The notes: generated from the letters alone by a model not told the origin. Positions 28,826 through 45,792 are shown, numbered from the stretch's first letter. The stretch: 64,000 bases of DNA from Eledone cirrhosa (GCA_964016885.1 OZ024756.1:32178001-32242000); one strand, 5' to 3'. Made by a program: numbers and translations.

Positions 28826-29040
28826 GCGCACTCACACACACACACATATACATATATATAGATTATATTCGACGTTCCCCCCCTCAGCATTGTGTCTAAA
28901 TCAAAAACCATTATTATTTATTATAAATCGCGCCGAGGTTAACTTTGCCTTTCATCCTTACGGGGTCGATAAAATAAAGTACCAGTAACACACTGGGATA
29001 ATTGCTGGCCTTGTGCCAAAAGTAGAAACAATTATTATTT
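28223..29040 (+). mobile_element. Cluster of four S1 SINE copies or fragments
   Basis: Copies at 28223-28413, 28428-28645, 28660-28742 (interrupted by (CA)n) and 28925-29040. Flanking duplication ttattattttgtagaaa. Confidence 0.87.
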
Positions 29041-30038
29041 ATTATAAAACACACGGAAACATATTTTCTGCACAATTACAACTATATTTTTCCAATGGAT
29101 CTTTCAAAGATAATCATTAAACGGCAATGTTGCAAATTAAACCGAGAAAATAGATAAACATTTTCTCTCTCGAAGTCAAATATCCTCTATGTTTTCCCAT
29201 ATACCTACGTAGTTCTCTTTCGTTTTCTGTATGTGTGTGTGTGTTCCGTTCCTTTGTCCAACATACGTATGTTCTATTTGCTTGATGAATATAATAGAAT
29301 TTTAAGCATTCCACGGACACGTGTATCTTGAACCTGGTAAGTCTGGCCATTTGAATTACATGCCAAGTACAACACATTTTCTTATACCAAATGTTACGCA
29401 CGAGGAACTTATCTTCCCGACCCGAGGCTATAGTAGAACAAACTCATCCAATGTGCCGTGCGGTGGTATGTAACTCAGAACTAGATAGTTGCGAAGCGAA
29501 CTCTTTAACCACAGAGCCATATCTGTGTCGTTATTGTTCACAAATTGCGATATAACAAAAATGAATACAATATATAATTAACTATCCTCTTGTGTTCAGA
29601 GTTGGAGGTGGTTTAGTTGTATCTCTGGATTTGCCAATTAAATCGACATGCTTCACTACACCTAATTGTTTTTTCCGAATTCATATGCATATTCTCTTAA
29701 AATGTTAAATTACATTATATTGTTAAGACATTCCACTAGCCATGACATGTCATGCAATGGGATATTTTTCTCAACAGAAACAACTAACAATTATTTCTTA
29801 CTTTCTTTCCCACATGCGGTTTGTTAAACCAAGCTTGTATCGTGAGTATTTTCAAATTTAATAAGAATTGCCTTTGAAGAGAACTAAAGATAACAAGCCA
29901 AGCCTATCCATCTCGGTTCCTCTTCAAATAACATTTTTGTACGGTCACTACTTGTGATGAATTCCTAGCATATAGGTTACCTTATTAAAGCTAGGTGAGA
30001 CATTGTAACCTAGTGGAAAGATCCTAATATATACATAC

Positions 30039-30133
<95 letters not shown>

Positions 30134-30157
30134 CGAATATAACGCAAAACGCATATA

Positions 30158-30209
<52 letters not shown>

Positions 30210-30248
30210 TGAAATATAAAACTCTCTCAATCTGTTATTATATACGTA

Positions 30249-30563
30249 CGAGGTTGACTTTGCCTTTAATCCCTACGGGGTAGATAAAATAAAGTACCAA
30301 TAATGCACTGGGTAATTGCTGGCCTTGTGCCTAAAGTAGAAACAATTATATACGTACTTCATTATTTTCCTCCTGGGGCGGTGAATTGGCAGTATCGGTA
30401 GAGGGTTGAACGCCATGCTTTCTAGCATAGTTACGTCCTTTTACAGTCTGAGTTCAAATCCCGCCAGGGTTAACTTTGCATTTCATCCTTACAGAGTCGA
30501 TTAAATAAAGTACGAGTAATGTACTGGATAGTTGCTGGCCTTGTGCCTAAAGTAGAAACAATT
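30249..30563 (+). mobile_element. Two S1 SINE copies (truncated 30249-30348 with TSD ttatatacgtac; full 30375-30563)
   Basis: Consensus match. Confidence 0.87.
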
Positions 30564-30946
30564 ATTTTTCTCCATGTCAATATATATCGAGGATTGCAGG
30601 TGGAGGAATGTTTACACTAACACTGGTTGGACGACGATATTGGAAACATAGAAAGTTCTCTCGTATTGTAACTGAGAAAGTAGACTCTTATCCTGACTAG
30701 GTTTTTGTTATGAGTGTGAAGTATTCTTCGTGATATAGATGACCCGATAGTTTCATACTGTCTGTAATTTCAGTTGAAGTAAATAATAGATGAGATATTT
30801 GTAAACACTGGAAATGTTCAAGCTCCGTTTATGTTTTAATAATGTTATGTCGCTTATATTTAAGTTTAGGTTTAAAAATGGATTTGTGGTTCAAGGTTTA
30901 AGTGTGTGTGTGTGTATGCCTGTGTACGTGTATACGTGTATATACG

Positions 30947-30977
<31 letters not shown>

Positions 30978-31156
30978 GTATATATATATCTATATATATA
31001 TATATAAATATGTGTGTGTGTGTATGTGTGTATGTATATGAATATATATATATGTATACAAATAGAGACAACAATTTATGTTATTTGTTATACAAAATGC
31101 ATCCTAGAAGAATATTAAAAATGTAAAAACGGTAGAGAACACATACACATAGATAA

Positions 31157-31204
<48 letters not shown>

Positions 31205-31859
31205 AATGTATATACATATATATACATATTTATGGATAATATATACATGCATATATAACTACATCCTCCCACACATATAAAAAACTCACTCACAGAAATA
31301 CAATTCTACAAATTTGTCTGACACACTAACCATTTACATTGTTCGATTTTGAGTCTGATAAATTTAAAATCTGAGTAATTGGAATAAGAGAGCAATACTC
31401 TAATTTAACTTTGCATTTATCTATTGAATGAAGATAATCTATTCCATTATCAAAGATCACATATCCCAGAGCTAAGCTTTATGAATGGTTAACAGAATAA
31501 AAGAATAAAAGAATAAACGACCGTTGGAACGTATAATATTCAAAGCATTTAGAAATCTCTTTGAAATTCTGACGTGTAATGACAAGATTCGATCTTCAAA
31601 CACATTTTTTCCCAACGTTTCCAAGTCTGGTTAATCATTTGTAGAACTTTTGATTTTGGTTTTGCTTGCGATTATATTGTGTGTACCACTTGCTTGTGAT
31701 TATATTGTGTTTCTGTGTATGTATATAAGTAAATGTTGTTGATTTTCATGTATTCAGCAATTCATATGCATATATATATACATTTATATATGCATTTGTA
31801 TGTATGTTTGTATGTATGTATGTCTATATATATATATATGTATGTTTGTATGTGTGTGT

Positions 31860-32043
31860 GCAAGCATGGGAGGTCTTAAAAAACATATGAGAACACACAG
31901 TCAGAACCAAGCAGGGGAACATTCTAGAGGGGACTACAGTTGCCATGTATGTGTGCTGTTTAAAGAGCCACATTCGTGCCTCACATTTTTTAGCATTTTA
32001 TCAGGTGATGGCAATACTCGAACACGAATTTTCAGCCATCATG
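31860..32043 (+). pseudogene. Decayed LINE 3' end with two C2H2 zinc-finger remnants and an RTE-like tail
   Basis: GGLKKHMRTH and YSCHVC in one frame, LKSHIRASH in another. Ends atggcaatactcgaacacgaa...ccatcat followed by (GTAT)n. Confidence 0.5.
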
Positions 32044-32252
32044 TGTGTATGTATGTATGTTTCTATACGTATGTATACGTACGCACATATGTATGTATGC
32101 ATGTATATATGTATGCATGCAAATATTCGTATACGATTTTTATACAAAAACATATGATCGATGTGGGCGTAAATATAATATGTGGGGATTTCGGATTATC
32201 ACAAAGCACGAGAGTTGTGTATATATTTGTAGAACAATATTATTGAGCATTT

Positions 32253-32392
32253 GCGGTGGATTTGCAGATTCGCTAGAAATTTGTATATAATACTTTGAGG
32301 TATTCGTTTCGGCTCTCTACTCGTTGAATTCAAATCTCGCTGAGGTTAACTTTTCCTATCACATTTTCGAGGTCGATAAAAAAGTACCAGTT
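32253..32392 (+). mobile_element. Diverged S1-related SINE
   Basis: gcggtggatttgcag...gaattcaaatctcgctgaggttaactttt...ggtcgataaaaaagtaccag. Confidence 0.7.
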
Positions 32393-32519
32393 AAGAAAGA
32401 TAGAGAGATGTTTGGCTAGGCCGATTTATAACCCGTGACAAATTAGTGAAACCGGTAAAGTTATAAATTATTGTAAATAAACCTCCAATTGCATTTTCAA
32501 ACTATTTTTCCTATATATA

Positions 32520-33990
<1,471 letters not shown>

Positions 33991-34037
33991 ACTTTGATTA
34001 CGCCCATGGAAAAAGCGGATATATACAGCACCATTGA

Positions 34038-34089
<52 letters not shown>

Positions 34090-34114
34090 GCCCAACACCA
34101 CCACCACCCACACC

Positions 34115-34184
<70 letters not shown>

Positions 34185-34551
34185 TAACATTGATGGTGCA
34201 TTTCCTAATGTAAGAGCGTCTATGAATAACCATATAAATCTCGATGATTATGATGATGTTGATCATAATTATGATAATACTGATGACGATATGAGGAACT
34301 GGCATTTATCTATGCTTTTATCTATCTATCATCAGAAAGTTACTACGTAACAACTAAGATAATCAACACTCTTGTATATATATATATTTAAAGAATACAA
34401 AACGTTTTTATTGATTAGGCTCAGTTACGAACGTTTCACAGGTGAATGGCTCAAAACTATGCTTGTGTTATGGATCCGACTCCAGCACTAATCTGGTTTT
34501 CACACATATTAATCAAGCAAAACCAGAAGTTTATCAGAATGTATTCCAGCT

Positions 34552-34592
<41 letters not shown>

Positions 34593-34663
34593 AAATGTGA
34601 TATATATATATATATATCAGACACGTACAGCAGCACAGATTCCACTACAGCACCGAAGAGACT

Positions 34664-34697
<34 letters not shown>

Positions 34698-35444
34698 TTT
34701 TAAGCTCCTATTTATCAGTGACACTTCAGCGATAAGAGAATAAATGTCATTCTGTCTCTCTCTCCGCCACTCTCTCCTTCCCTTGTTCTCTTTCAAACAC
34801 ACACACCCCACTTATTCTAACATATACACCATCAGACATTGGAAGTCATAAACCCACACATCCATCCACACATACACACATCCAAACACATAGCCACATA
34901 TACAGACGCGAATGATATCACACACACCTACACAGTGAGTGTAAAAAAAAACACACAGATCTAAACACGCCTATACAAAATCATGCACAAACACAATCCG
35001 GCAAACTCAAAGACACACATACATACACAAACGCATACACAACCACAAACATTGTTATGAATACACACGCAATTTCCACACACAAAACGTATAGATAAAC
35101 ACAGAGAAGAAAACACTTACGAAAACATATATGCATAAACAGCCATCATACACTCTCAACGTCCACCATATACACAGCCTTCAAACACAGGCGTAACCGT
35201 CAGAAACACACACATAGAAACAACCAGACGCGTACTCTTATATCGAGACAGCCTACATACAAATACATACAATTGTCAGTAATACATTTACATACAGGCA
35301 ACCTACACGTACACACACACAAACACACGAACACACACGCGAACACAAGCAATCTTCACATAAATACTTACCCAACCTTCATATACATTTAGACAACGTA
35401 CACACACACACTCCCTAAAACCAGAATTCTTCACGCAAATACAC

Positions 35445-36762
35445 TCACAGCCTTCACATACATATCAACAACCTAGCCTTTACATACATTTAAACAACTT
35501 ACACACACCCACTCACTAACACTAATTCTACACATACCTACACTCACAGCCTTCACATACATATAGACAACCTAGCCTTCACATACATTTAAACAACTTA
35601 CACACACCCACTCACTAACACTAATTCTACACATACCTACACTCACAGCCTTCACATACATATAGACAACCTAGCCTTCACATACATTTAAACAACTTAC
35701 ACACACCCACTCACTAACAATAATTTACACATACCTACACTCACAGCCTTCACATACATATAGACAACCTAGCCTTCACATACATTTAAACAACTTACAC
35801 ACACCCACTCACTAACACTAATTCTACACATAACTACACACAGCCTTCACATACATATAGACAACCTAGCCTTCACATACATTTAAACAACTTACACACA
35901 CCCACTCACTAACAATAATTTACACATACCTACACTCACAGCCTTCACATACATATAGACAACCTAGCCTTCACATACATTTAAACATCTTACACACACC
36001 CACTCTCTAACACTAATTCTACACATACCTACACTCACAGCCTTCACATACATATAGACAACCTAGCCTTCACATACATTTAAACAACTTACACACACCC
36101 ACTCACTAACAATAATTTACACATACCTACACTCACAGCCTTCACATACATATAGACAACCTAGCCTTCACATACATTTAAACAACTTACACACACCCAC
36201 TCACTAACAATAATTTACACATACCTACACTCACAGCCTTCACATACATATAGACAACCTAGCCTTCACATACATTTAAACATCTTACACACACCCACTC
36301 ACTAACACTAATTCTACACATACCTACACTCACAGCCTTCACATACATATAGACAACCTAGTCTTCACATACATTTAAACAACTTACACACACCCACTCA
36401 CTAACAATAATTTACACATACCTACACTCACAGCCTTCACATACATATAGACAACCTAGCCTTCACATACATTTAAACAACTTACACACACCCACTCACT
36501 AACACTAATTCTACACATACCTACACTCACAGCCTTCACATACATATAGACAACCTAGCCTTCACATACATTTAAACAACTTACACACACCCACTCACTA
36601 ATACTAATTCTACACATAACTACACACACAGCCTTCACATACATATCTACATATCGACAACCTAGCCTTCACATACATTTAAACAACTTACACACACCCA
36701 CTCTCTAACACTAATTCTACACATAACTACACACACAGCCTTCACATACATATAGACAACTT
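35445..36762. repeat. Minisatellite, 98-99-bp unit, about 13 copies
   Basis: cacagccttcacatacatatagacaacctagccttcacatacatttaaacaacttacac... recurs at 35545, 35644, 35742 and onward. Confidence 0.95.
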
Positions 36763-37483
36763 ACGCTCCCAGCCTTCAGATACACAGACGCAAATGCATG
36801 AACACTCATACACATACAGTGAATCTCAGAGCAAGACCGTGTCACAGATAGCAACGTTAGAGATATCTATGAGAAAATCATTTCAATATAGCCATTTGGG
36901 AAATGAAGCAAATTCTACAATTTATTGCTTACTACAGACTTATTTCCACCGAATAGCAACCATCTCTGTGTGCCAAGCATCCTTTTATGAAGTAGTTCTT
37001 ATATTTATTGAAGATAATCGATAAATTAATCAGCAAACCAAACCGAACTGGTTTATCTCACAAACACTTCTAACTTCGGGTTAACTGAAGCCTTGTGAGT
37101 CAAATTGGGTAGACACAATCTGTTTGGAAGAAGCCCATAGCAGTAAATTTAAATGGACGGTCGTATTACATACTGTGATATACTGAATCTTCCTTCTGTT
37201 TATATTAAGTGTAGATGTGACTGCAGGATAGACACCCGCATAGGTCAATTTGCGAGCAAGTTGGTTAGTTGTTTAAAAACGTAGATCAATTCAGGGTACA
37301 TGAGTCTCGCATATTCCATCACTTAAACTATAACACAGAATTGCTGATACTTGTAGTTCAAATGCCAGTTTTTGTCACATCGTATGTCACACTAAATCTT
37401 CCTGGGTGTTACGTTAAGCTTACACCCTATCTGTAGGATAGTTAGCGACTTAACTATGATACTAGATTATTTATATTTGCAGT

Positions 37484-37655
37484 TCACGTTATGACACGCT
37501 ACTTCACGCTATGACATGTGTCACGCTGCGACACGCTGTTTCGCGCTGTGTATATCTATGACATGCTGTTACACGCTGTTTCACGCTATGACATGCTGTG
37601 TTACGCTAGGTCACGCCAAGTCACGCTATGACACCCTGTGCCACGCTGTGTTTTG
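37484..37655. repeat. Degenerate short tandem repeat (tcacgctatgacac-like)
   Basis: Recurrent 10-20-bp cacgct(a/g)tg units. Confidence 0.75.
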
Positions 37656-37865
37656 CTGAATCTTCCTGAATATATTATTAAGAGTATCGAACGCTCAGTG
37701 TTTGTACAGAAAGCTCAGTCATTTACTCGTAAATTTCTCGAGTAAGCTGTTTCGTTGATCGCACAACGGAGACTTTCAACTTCTAGACTGGTGTCAATTT
37801 CACAAATTATTGTACACCATAGTCTTATTTCCATTGAATACCAACCGTTTCTCTCTCTCACTCTC

Positions 37866-37906
<41 letters not shown>

Positions 37907-37917
37907 ATTTCTATCTA

Positions 37918-37996
<79 letters not shown>

Positions 37997-38547
37997 TTCT
38001 ATCTATCTCTCTATCTATACATATATCTCTCTGTCTGTCTGACTCTCTCTCTCTCTATCTCTCTCTCCCCTCCCACTCTATCAATCTTCCTTTTAGGAAC
38101 AAAGTCTTAGATTTATTAGCGATAATCGATAAATTAGTCAGGGGAGCAGACTAAACTGATTTATCTCATAAATTCTTCTCTCAATGCTCTTTACTAAAGC
38201 GTCTCAAGGAGCGTAGGCAATGAAGCGTGGCTAAGCAGATCGCTATGCAACTATGCCTAAATTCGCGGTTCCGGGTTTGATGTCACATCAATGCACTTTG
38301 ATTAAGTAGAGTGTATGCTAGCATTGCTTCGGGTCGAACAATATCAGGTAAATGGGAATTTAGCAGAAATGGTGAGACATGAGTTTGCTGACTATACAAA
38401 AAATACCTGCCACGATTCATTGGACATGGCTCAGTCCACGCTCTTTTCTATATCAGGGGGTACTTGGTACTTTACCAGATTTATTTAAACTATCATTCAT
38501 AGTGACCAATTATCTTTAAAGTCATCTTCACTGGGACGAAAATATTC

Positions 38548-38636
<89 letters not shown>

Positions 38637-38736
38637 CATAATGGAGGGTGAATGGAGGCTTTAAAAACGAGTTAGACCATTACTCAACAGAGTACTTGAT
38701 ATCTAGCCAGATCTCACCAGTCGGGACCCTGAGTTT

Positions 38737-38827
<91 letters not shown>

Positions 38828-38907
38828 CATGATGATTGCATCTTGATATTTTTATTACATAAGGGAGACAAGAACACACACACACACACCCATCCACACA
38901 CACACAC

Positions 38908-38971
<64 letters not shown>

Positions 38972-39163
38972 GAAAACGTATGACCCCGACGGCAGAGCTC
39001 AAGCCGTTACGAGTCTATTTAGTCCAGAAATAGCCGTCGAAACGGCTTGAGCTCTGCCGTCGGGGTCATACGTTTTCCTATTTCCCACTCTACTACCCTA
39101 AGTATTGAGTACTCTGGTGCGTTATGGTCCATCTGGTTCCTTACCACAATTCCTTTGTTTGTT
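38972..39163. mobile_element. Family A fragment with fold-back (opposite orientation)
   Basis: Arms about 38972-39010 / 39038-39077, then the element 3' end up to TA. Confidence 0.75.
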
Positions 39164-40096
39164 ATATATATATACATTGAGTGTGGTTGTTCTCACCAGA
39201 TCAGTTGGATTTAGTTACTGCTGACAGGTCCCGCTCGAAGGTAGATTTGAGGACCCTACCTCCAGGAATAAGTGGGCAAAGAAGAGGAAGGAGAATAATG
39301 TGGGTTTATGTACATAGTTCTGCATGCTTTTCTTTTTTGTCAGTGATCATATTGTAACACAATGTTAAACAACATTTGCTTGATCATATGGATGTCAGTG
39401 TATTGCTAGATCGTAACGCCTCCATGCCTGTAAGTTATGAAACGAAAAGTATGGTATTAGTGACAAACAAACCACTTAATTCCTATATTGATAATCTCAG
39501 CATTTTCGCTGCTACTATTTATTGAGGCGCACATTTCTCCCCCCCCCCCCTATCTCTCTGTATGTTCGTCTCACATGCAAATCTCCATCAATATGCGCGT
39601 GACTAATGGATGAGCAGAAAAGAAGGAAAGAAAGTCGTTCTTTTGTCAGATATTTCTATGAAGAATTTAGAGACCAATATATACAACATTGTGTCTTTGC
39701 TTAAATAATTCCATGAAAATCTTTCACATGGCCACGCTAATCCTTTATTTATCGAGGACATTTCATACATGGTGTTTCTACAGCATGGCCTTTTAATCAT
39801 ATGAGGTGTCCCTTGTCCATTGAATAGAAGAAGATGAATCTTATATGTTCTTATGACATTACTATAGGATACTGTACGGAGCTAATAGACAATGTATCTA
39901 TTTGAGACGAGATATTTTTCTGTGCAATTCTTAAAATCTTACTAGTTTTATTATTGACATAGACTATATGTATTATATATGGATGTAGCGTGATTGCATT
40001 ATTGGTTATTAACATATGGTCACCAGGCAGCAAAGTGAGAAGATGATAAATTCACATTATTTTCTGTAATACACAATCGCATTTTGGTATGCAAAT

Positions 40097-40143
<47 letters not shown>

Positions 40144-40698
40144 GGCACAATGCCGGTAACTATAATTATGAAGTATCAACTGCATTGTTGCGACTATATT
40201 TTTATGGTTCTAAAAAGACAATGCTTCGTAAATACATACACGCGCATATATGTACCTAGTATACATACAATGCATACATATATATATATATATATATAAA
40301 CATACGTATATACGTACATATATATCGGAACAGCAATTGTCACTCACAACAGCTATAGAAAACTAACTAACGCCACCACCAGCAGTATTAGCAAACGTAT
40401 TAACAATAAGCTCTCATTCGCTCGTTTTATTTTCAGTGATCACGAATATTTGACCTTTACCAACAGAGGGTAGTAATCTCGTATCTATAAAAAATAACTC
40501 CCTTGTGTGAATAACGTAGGAAATTCTCACGCTTTAATAATTAATTTCTAGAGTAGTATTTTGGTGCAAAGATAATACGCAGTCTACACGCCAATCAAAA
40601 ACGAATCTAGGTTCTCGATACAGCCTGCTAGAAATAGCGGCGGCTAAATCCTATTCCTTAAATCATATCATTTTGTTGTTTATTCTTTTACACAGATT

Positions 40699-40890
40699 CA
40701 GACTTGCCAACCTTTAAAAGCCCAAACTGGCACCAGGAAAAAAGGTGCCCCCAAACTGGGAGGAATGAGGTAAAATGGGGAGAATTTACATGATGAAAGC
40801 TTTAGCCATTTTCACAAGAGTAGACATTTCTCACCCACTTGAAAGTGGGTGGGGGATCTCCCCAACGGACGGGGAGAGTTAACTAGTCTG
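40699..40890. mobile_element. Possible old MITE (imperfect TIRs CAGACT...AGTCTG)
   Basis: cagacttgccaac at the left and gttaactagtctg at the right. No clear TSD. Confidence 0.35.
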
Positions 40891-41197
40891 TAGGTTATTA
40901 AAAGTTCCATTATTAAGATGGGATTTGTAATATAACTAAATAAGTAATGAACATATGATAAAGAGCACTCAAATATCACTTACCCAACTTTGGTTGGTGT
41001 CGGGCAAAGCTCTCTGGCAAGCGGAACTTCTCTCGGAAGGAACGTCAGTGCTTAATTTAAAAAAATGATTGGTGGGTTCTTGTTCAATAGATCGATTCTT
41101 TTTAGAAACGCCTCATTTCGGAACCTAAAAGTGACACGCACACACATAGACAGACAGACTCAGACACAGACACACCTCACGCATGATATGTATATAT

Positions 41198-41272
<75 letters not shown>

Positions 41273-41374
41273 TATATATATATATATATATATTTTTTAA
41301 TTTTTATTTTATAGAAGGAGCTTCTACAGGACTAGTACTGTTTCATTCAGATGAAATCTTCAGGAAGCTTGTGA

Positions 41375-41425
41375 AGCTTCCTGAAGATTTCATCTGAATG
41401 AAACAGTAATAGTCCTGTAGAAGCT
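41375..41425 (+). ncRNA. Type-I hammerhead ribozyme motif; an inverted twin occupies about 41320-41369
   Basis: agcttc-CTGAAGA-tttc-atct-gaat-GAAACAG-taatagtc-CTGTA-gaagct. 6-bp stem I, 4-bp stem III, GUA cleavage triplet. Confidence 0.8.
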
Positions 41426-41511
41426 CCTTCTATAAAATAAAAAATGTTTACTCTGCCATGTATTGAGTACCTTACTTACTGTGGTTATCCCCGACCCAAC
41501 CCGGGACCTAC

Positions 41512-41653
<142 letters not shown>

Positions 41654-42335
41654 ATATGTATATATGTATATATATATATTTATACATGCAGAAGTACACA
41701 TATAGGTGTAAATTGTTATAGTAGGATTGGGATCCCTATAATTTAAGCACCTGCAAAGTTTCATATGAGATGTAACTTAGTAGGAGGCCAGCTTAAACCT
41801 GCATAGCTGTTAGCTGTAACAAAACCAAAAAGATAGGTGTGGGGGCCCTATCATTAAAACAACCAATAAGATGTCCACCAGTAAGATGTAACCTGGCAGG
41901 AGGTCAGCTAAGCCTTTACCATTTTGAACTCTAAATTCCCCTTCATTTTTTCCCCTAGAAGATACCACATTCGACATCATATATGTGCATGTTTCTATAG
42001 AGTTAATGTATCAATCCTACGGCACTTAATGTATGTGCTATGCGTGTCAGAAACATTCAATAATGCACGGTACAATAATAGACTTTTGAATTATAGATAT
42101 ATGTACTCATATTCTATAGAATGTACTGAGAACTCATTTCTTTCCAACACACACCCCCCCACACACACACACACACACACATGCGCATGCACAAAGATAT
42201 AAACACATGCCTCAGGCAACTTTGCCTTTAATTCTTACGAGGTCGATAAAAACGTGCGACTCCAATATAAGGCGTCGATTTTTCCTCTATATATTTTTCT
42301 CATCTTCTGCCTATTACTCTCGCTCTCTCTTTCTG

Positions 42336-42377
<42 letters not shown>

Positions 42378-42425
42378 AGAGAAAGAGAGAGAGACAGAGT
42401 AATATATATATATATATATATATAT

Positions 42426-42568
42426 AACGAAGGAAATGTGGTAAGGAACCAGGTGGACCATAACGCACCAAAGTACTCAATACTTGAGGTAGTAGAGTGG
42501 GTAATAGGAACCAGTAAGACCCCGACAGCTGAGCTCAAGCCGTTTCGACGGGGTCTTACTGGTTCCTA
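42426..42568. mobile_element. Family A fragment with short fold-back
   Basis: taggaaccagtaagaccccg (42505) and cggggtcttactggttccta (42549) are inverted copies; (TA)n flanks. Confidence 0.75.
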
Positions 42569-42677
42569 TATATATATATATATATATATTTGGAAATAAT
42601 AATAAATTATTAAAGGTTCTCCAATACTTTTTTACATATAGGCACATTTTTATCCGTACATACAAAAATGCTATATA

Positions 42678-42870
42678 TCGTCAAATGGGACCGAGGAAAC
42701 AATGTTTCCATTGGTCTTTCCAATTGCTAATCCTAATAGTCGGTCGCAACTCCAGGTAGAAGAAGCAACGTGAAATAAAATGGACATAATGCATCGCCCA
42801 GTCCTGGAACCGAACTCACGACGTCAAGATTGCGAAACCAATTCTCTAACCACTTAGCTACTCCCCTTCA
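42678..42870 (-). mobile_element. S2 SINE, second copy
   Basis: Reverse complement of 33153-33355 with a small internal deletion. Confidence 0.8.
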
Positions 42871-43154
42871 CGTCGTCAAATGTATATTTTTAAAATATAT
42901 AGATATGTTTTGAGAAATAGTCATGCTTGTCTAATTAGATTTTGTAGTATTAACCGGTATATGTAGCTTTTCAAAGTCTCATTTTGTTTTGTGATTGTGT
43001 TAAATATATAAAACATGCCATTGCATGTTATGTTGAATATAATCAACATGTGGTGTGTGTTGCTTATATCTTTTCTTAGCGAGGTGACAGTACATGGTTG
43101 TATCCTTGTTGTCGCTTATAGCAAGGATAACGTTCATTACTCTCTATCTCCCTC

Positions 43155-43234
<80 letters not shown>

Positions 43235-43984
43235 GGAAAAGAGTCAGGGCCCCGACGGCTGAGTTCGGTTCTAGCTGTCTATCTTACTTTCTTAAATGAA
43301 ATTCAGTCTTATCATCCAATGTAACATACAAAATCCCCCTGATATTTACTTTAATAATGTGCAAGTCTGTGGAAAGATGTGAAATGATTTGAACATTTAT
43401 TTTACGAGAAGGCTGTAATATTCAGCGTTAAAACTGACGCCGAACCAATTATAATGAAATGTTCACTTGTAAGAATTCATTTCCATATCACATATCCATG
43501 TATACAACAAAAGAGTTTATAATAACTTTCAGTCAAAGAATAAACAAAAAACTATTTTTCAAATACTCTTATATAACGAATATAAATAAATAATAAATAA
43601 AATAATAAACCAAAACGAAAAATAAAAAAGGAAAAAAAAAAAAAAAAGGAAATATACACCAAACATATCCATTTAGTTATATGTTAAACTGATGTTAGTA
43701 AAACAGTTATCAAATTCGGAGAACATCCTTATGTGTTAATGGCTGATTATACACATTTTTATTTTCTCTTCATTTTAAAAGGAAAACAAAAAAAAAAAAA
43801 TGTAGAAAAAAAAAAAATCTGTATCAGTGAATAAATCTACTTCAATTAAGTTTAAAATATATTTGAATACTTATATAGATATATGGAAATGTATAAATGG
43901 AACTTTATGTCCTTCATGCGAGAGAGGTAATGCTGCAATCAGCATAACTGAAACACTTTGAGATGTTCAGTAGTGATGAAAATA

Positions 43985-44043
<59 letters not shown>

Positions 44044-44210
44044 TATATATATATATTTATTTATATATATATATGTATATATATATATATAATGTTTGCA
44101 TATATGTGTGTGTGAATAAGAGGGTGTAGACACACATATATATGAACATATATACATATATACATATATATACATATATATATATATGTAAATATATAAA
44201 TATACATATA

Positions 44211-44270
<60 letters not shown>

Positions 44271-44418
44271 CACATACATATATCTACATATATATATACA
44301 TACACACACATATATATACACACACACATAATGTACATTGATACATTATATATATTTATATGCAAAGGTAAAACATACATACCTACCTACATACTTTTAT
44401 ACAGGTACATATATATAT

Positions 44419-44609
<191 letters not shown>

Positions 44610-44837
44610 AATGTAAGTATGTATGTACGTATACGTACATACATATATGTATACAGACGTACAGTAGTATGTATATATATACACACATGCACACATATAT
44701 ATATATGCACGTATCGGTTTACCGAACATTTATTATAATGCTCGGTTTGTCTTTTTGTAAACAAACAAACACCCCGAATTACGCTGTACAGTGTTTAGGC
44801 AACCACGACACCTTTTTGTTCAATACTGACACAGGAA

Positions 44838-44878
44838 CGATGTACTAGTTTCAAGCTTATTAGCTATCTTCAGCATCG
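44838..44878 (-). ncRNA. Minimal type-I hammerhead ribozyme motif
   Basis: Reverse complement: cgatg-CTGAAGA-tagct-aata-agctt-GAAACTAGTA-catcg. Perfect stem I and ACTAGT palindrome. Confidence 0.85.
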
Positions 44879-45605
44879 TAAACCTGCCAGATGGTTGAAC
44901 GTCTGAAAGTATATACTTTTCTTATGCATATTAAAGGCTGAGCAGCCTAATTTGCTTATCGAGTGAGTTCAGTTGGCCGGGCACACCGAAAACGATAAAT
45001 GGAATAGAATGAAACGAAATTTCATTTCTCACTCTTAGTACGGCACTTACTTAAATGTAAGTATGTATGTATGTATACGTACATACATATATGCATACAG
45101 ACGTACAGTAGTATGTATATATATATACACACATGCACACACATATATATATATATATGCACGTATCGGTTTACCGAACGTTTATTATAATGCTCGGTTT
45201 GTTTGTTTGTAAACAAACAAACAGCCCGAATTACGCCGTACAGTGTTTAGGCAACCAGGTGACCACATGTAAGTAAGTGCCGTACTAAGAGTGAAAAATG
45301 AAATTTCGTTTCATTCTATTCCATTTATATATATATATGTATATAATTGTATTGATATATCATCGCTATAAGCGTAAGGCTCCATTTCTTCAATCACATT
45401 ACAATTTTATATGTCGATATAGAATATATTTTAAAACTATCATGGCAAGAAAATTCATAAGCTAAACCATATGATATATGAGTATGATATACTTTTTTTT
45501 ATTATTATATGTATTACTAAAGTCTCTACTCAGAATATGGTAGATTCGATATTTATTCTCAAATTTCTTCTCGTGTTTGTGTATACACACACCACGCGCA
45601 GATAT

Positions 45606-45668
<63 letters not shown>

Positions 45669-45727
45669 CATACATATATATATATATATGTATATATATA
45701 TTTATATATATACATATATACATACAT

Positions 45728-45792
<65 letters not shown>

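Noticed and set aside
34420-34545. Hammerhead-like CTGATAA...GAAACGTTC on the minus strand
   Set aside because: The core is mismatched, stem II is very long and uncertain, and no stem I could be folded.
40696-40769. Candidate plus-strand exon (tttacacag| ... gag|gtaaaa)
   Set aside because: It overlaps an apparent TIR-bounded element and the translation is unrecognisable.
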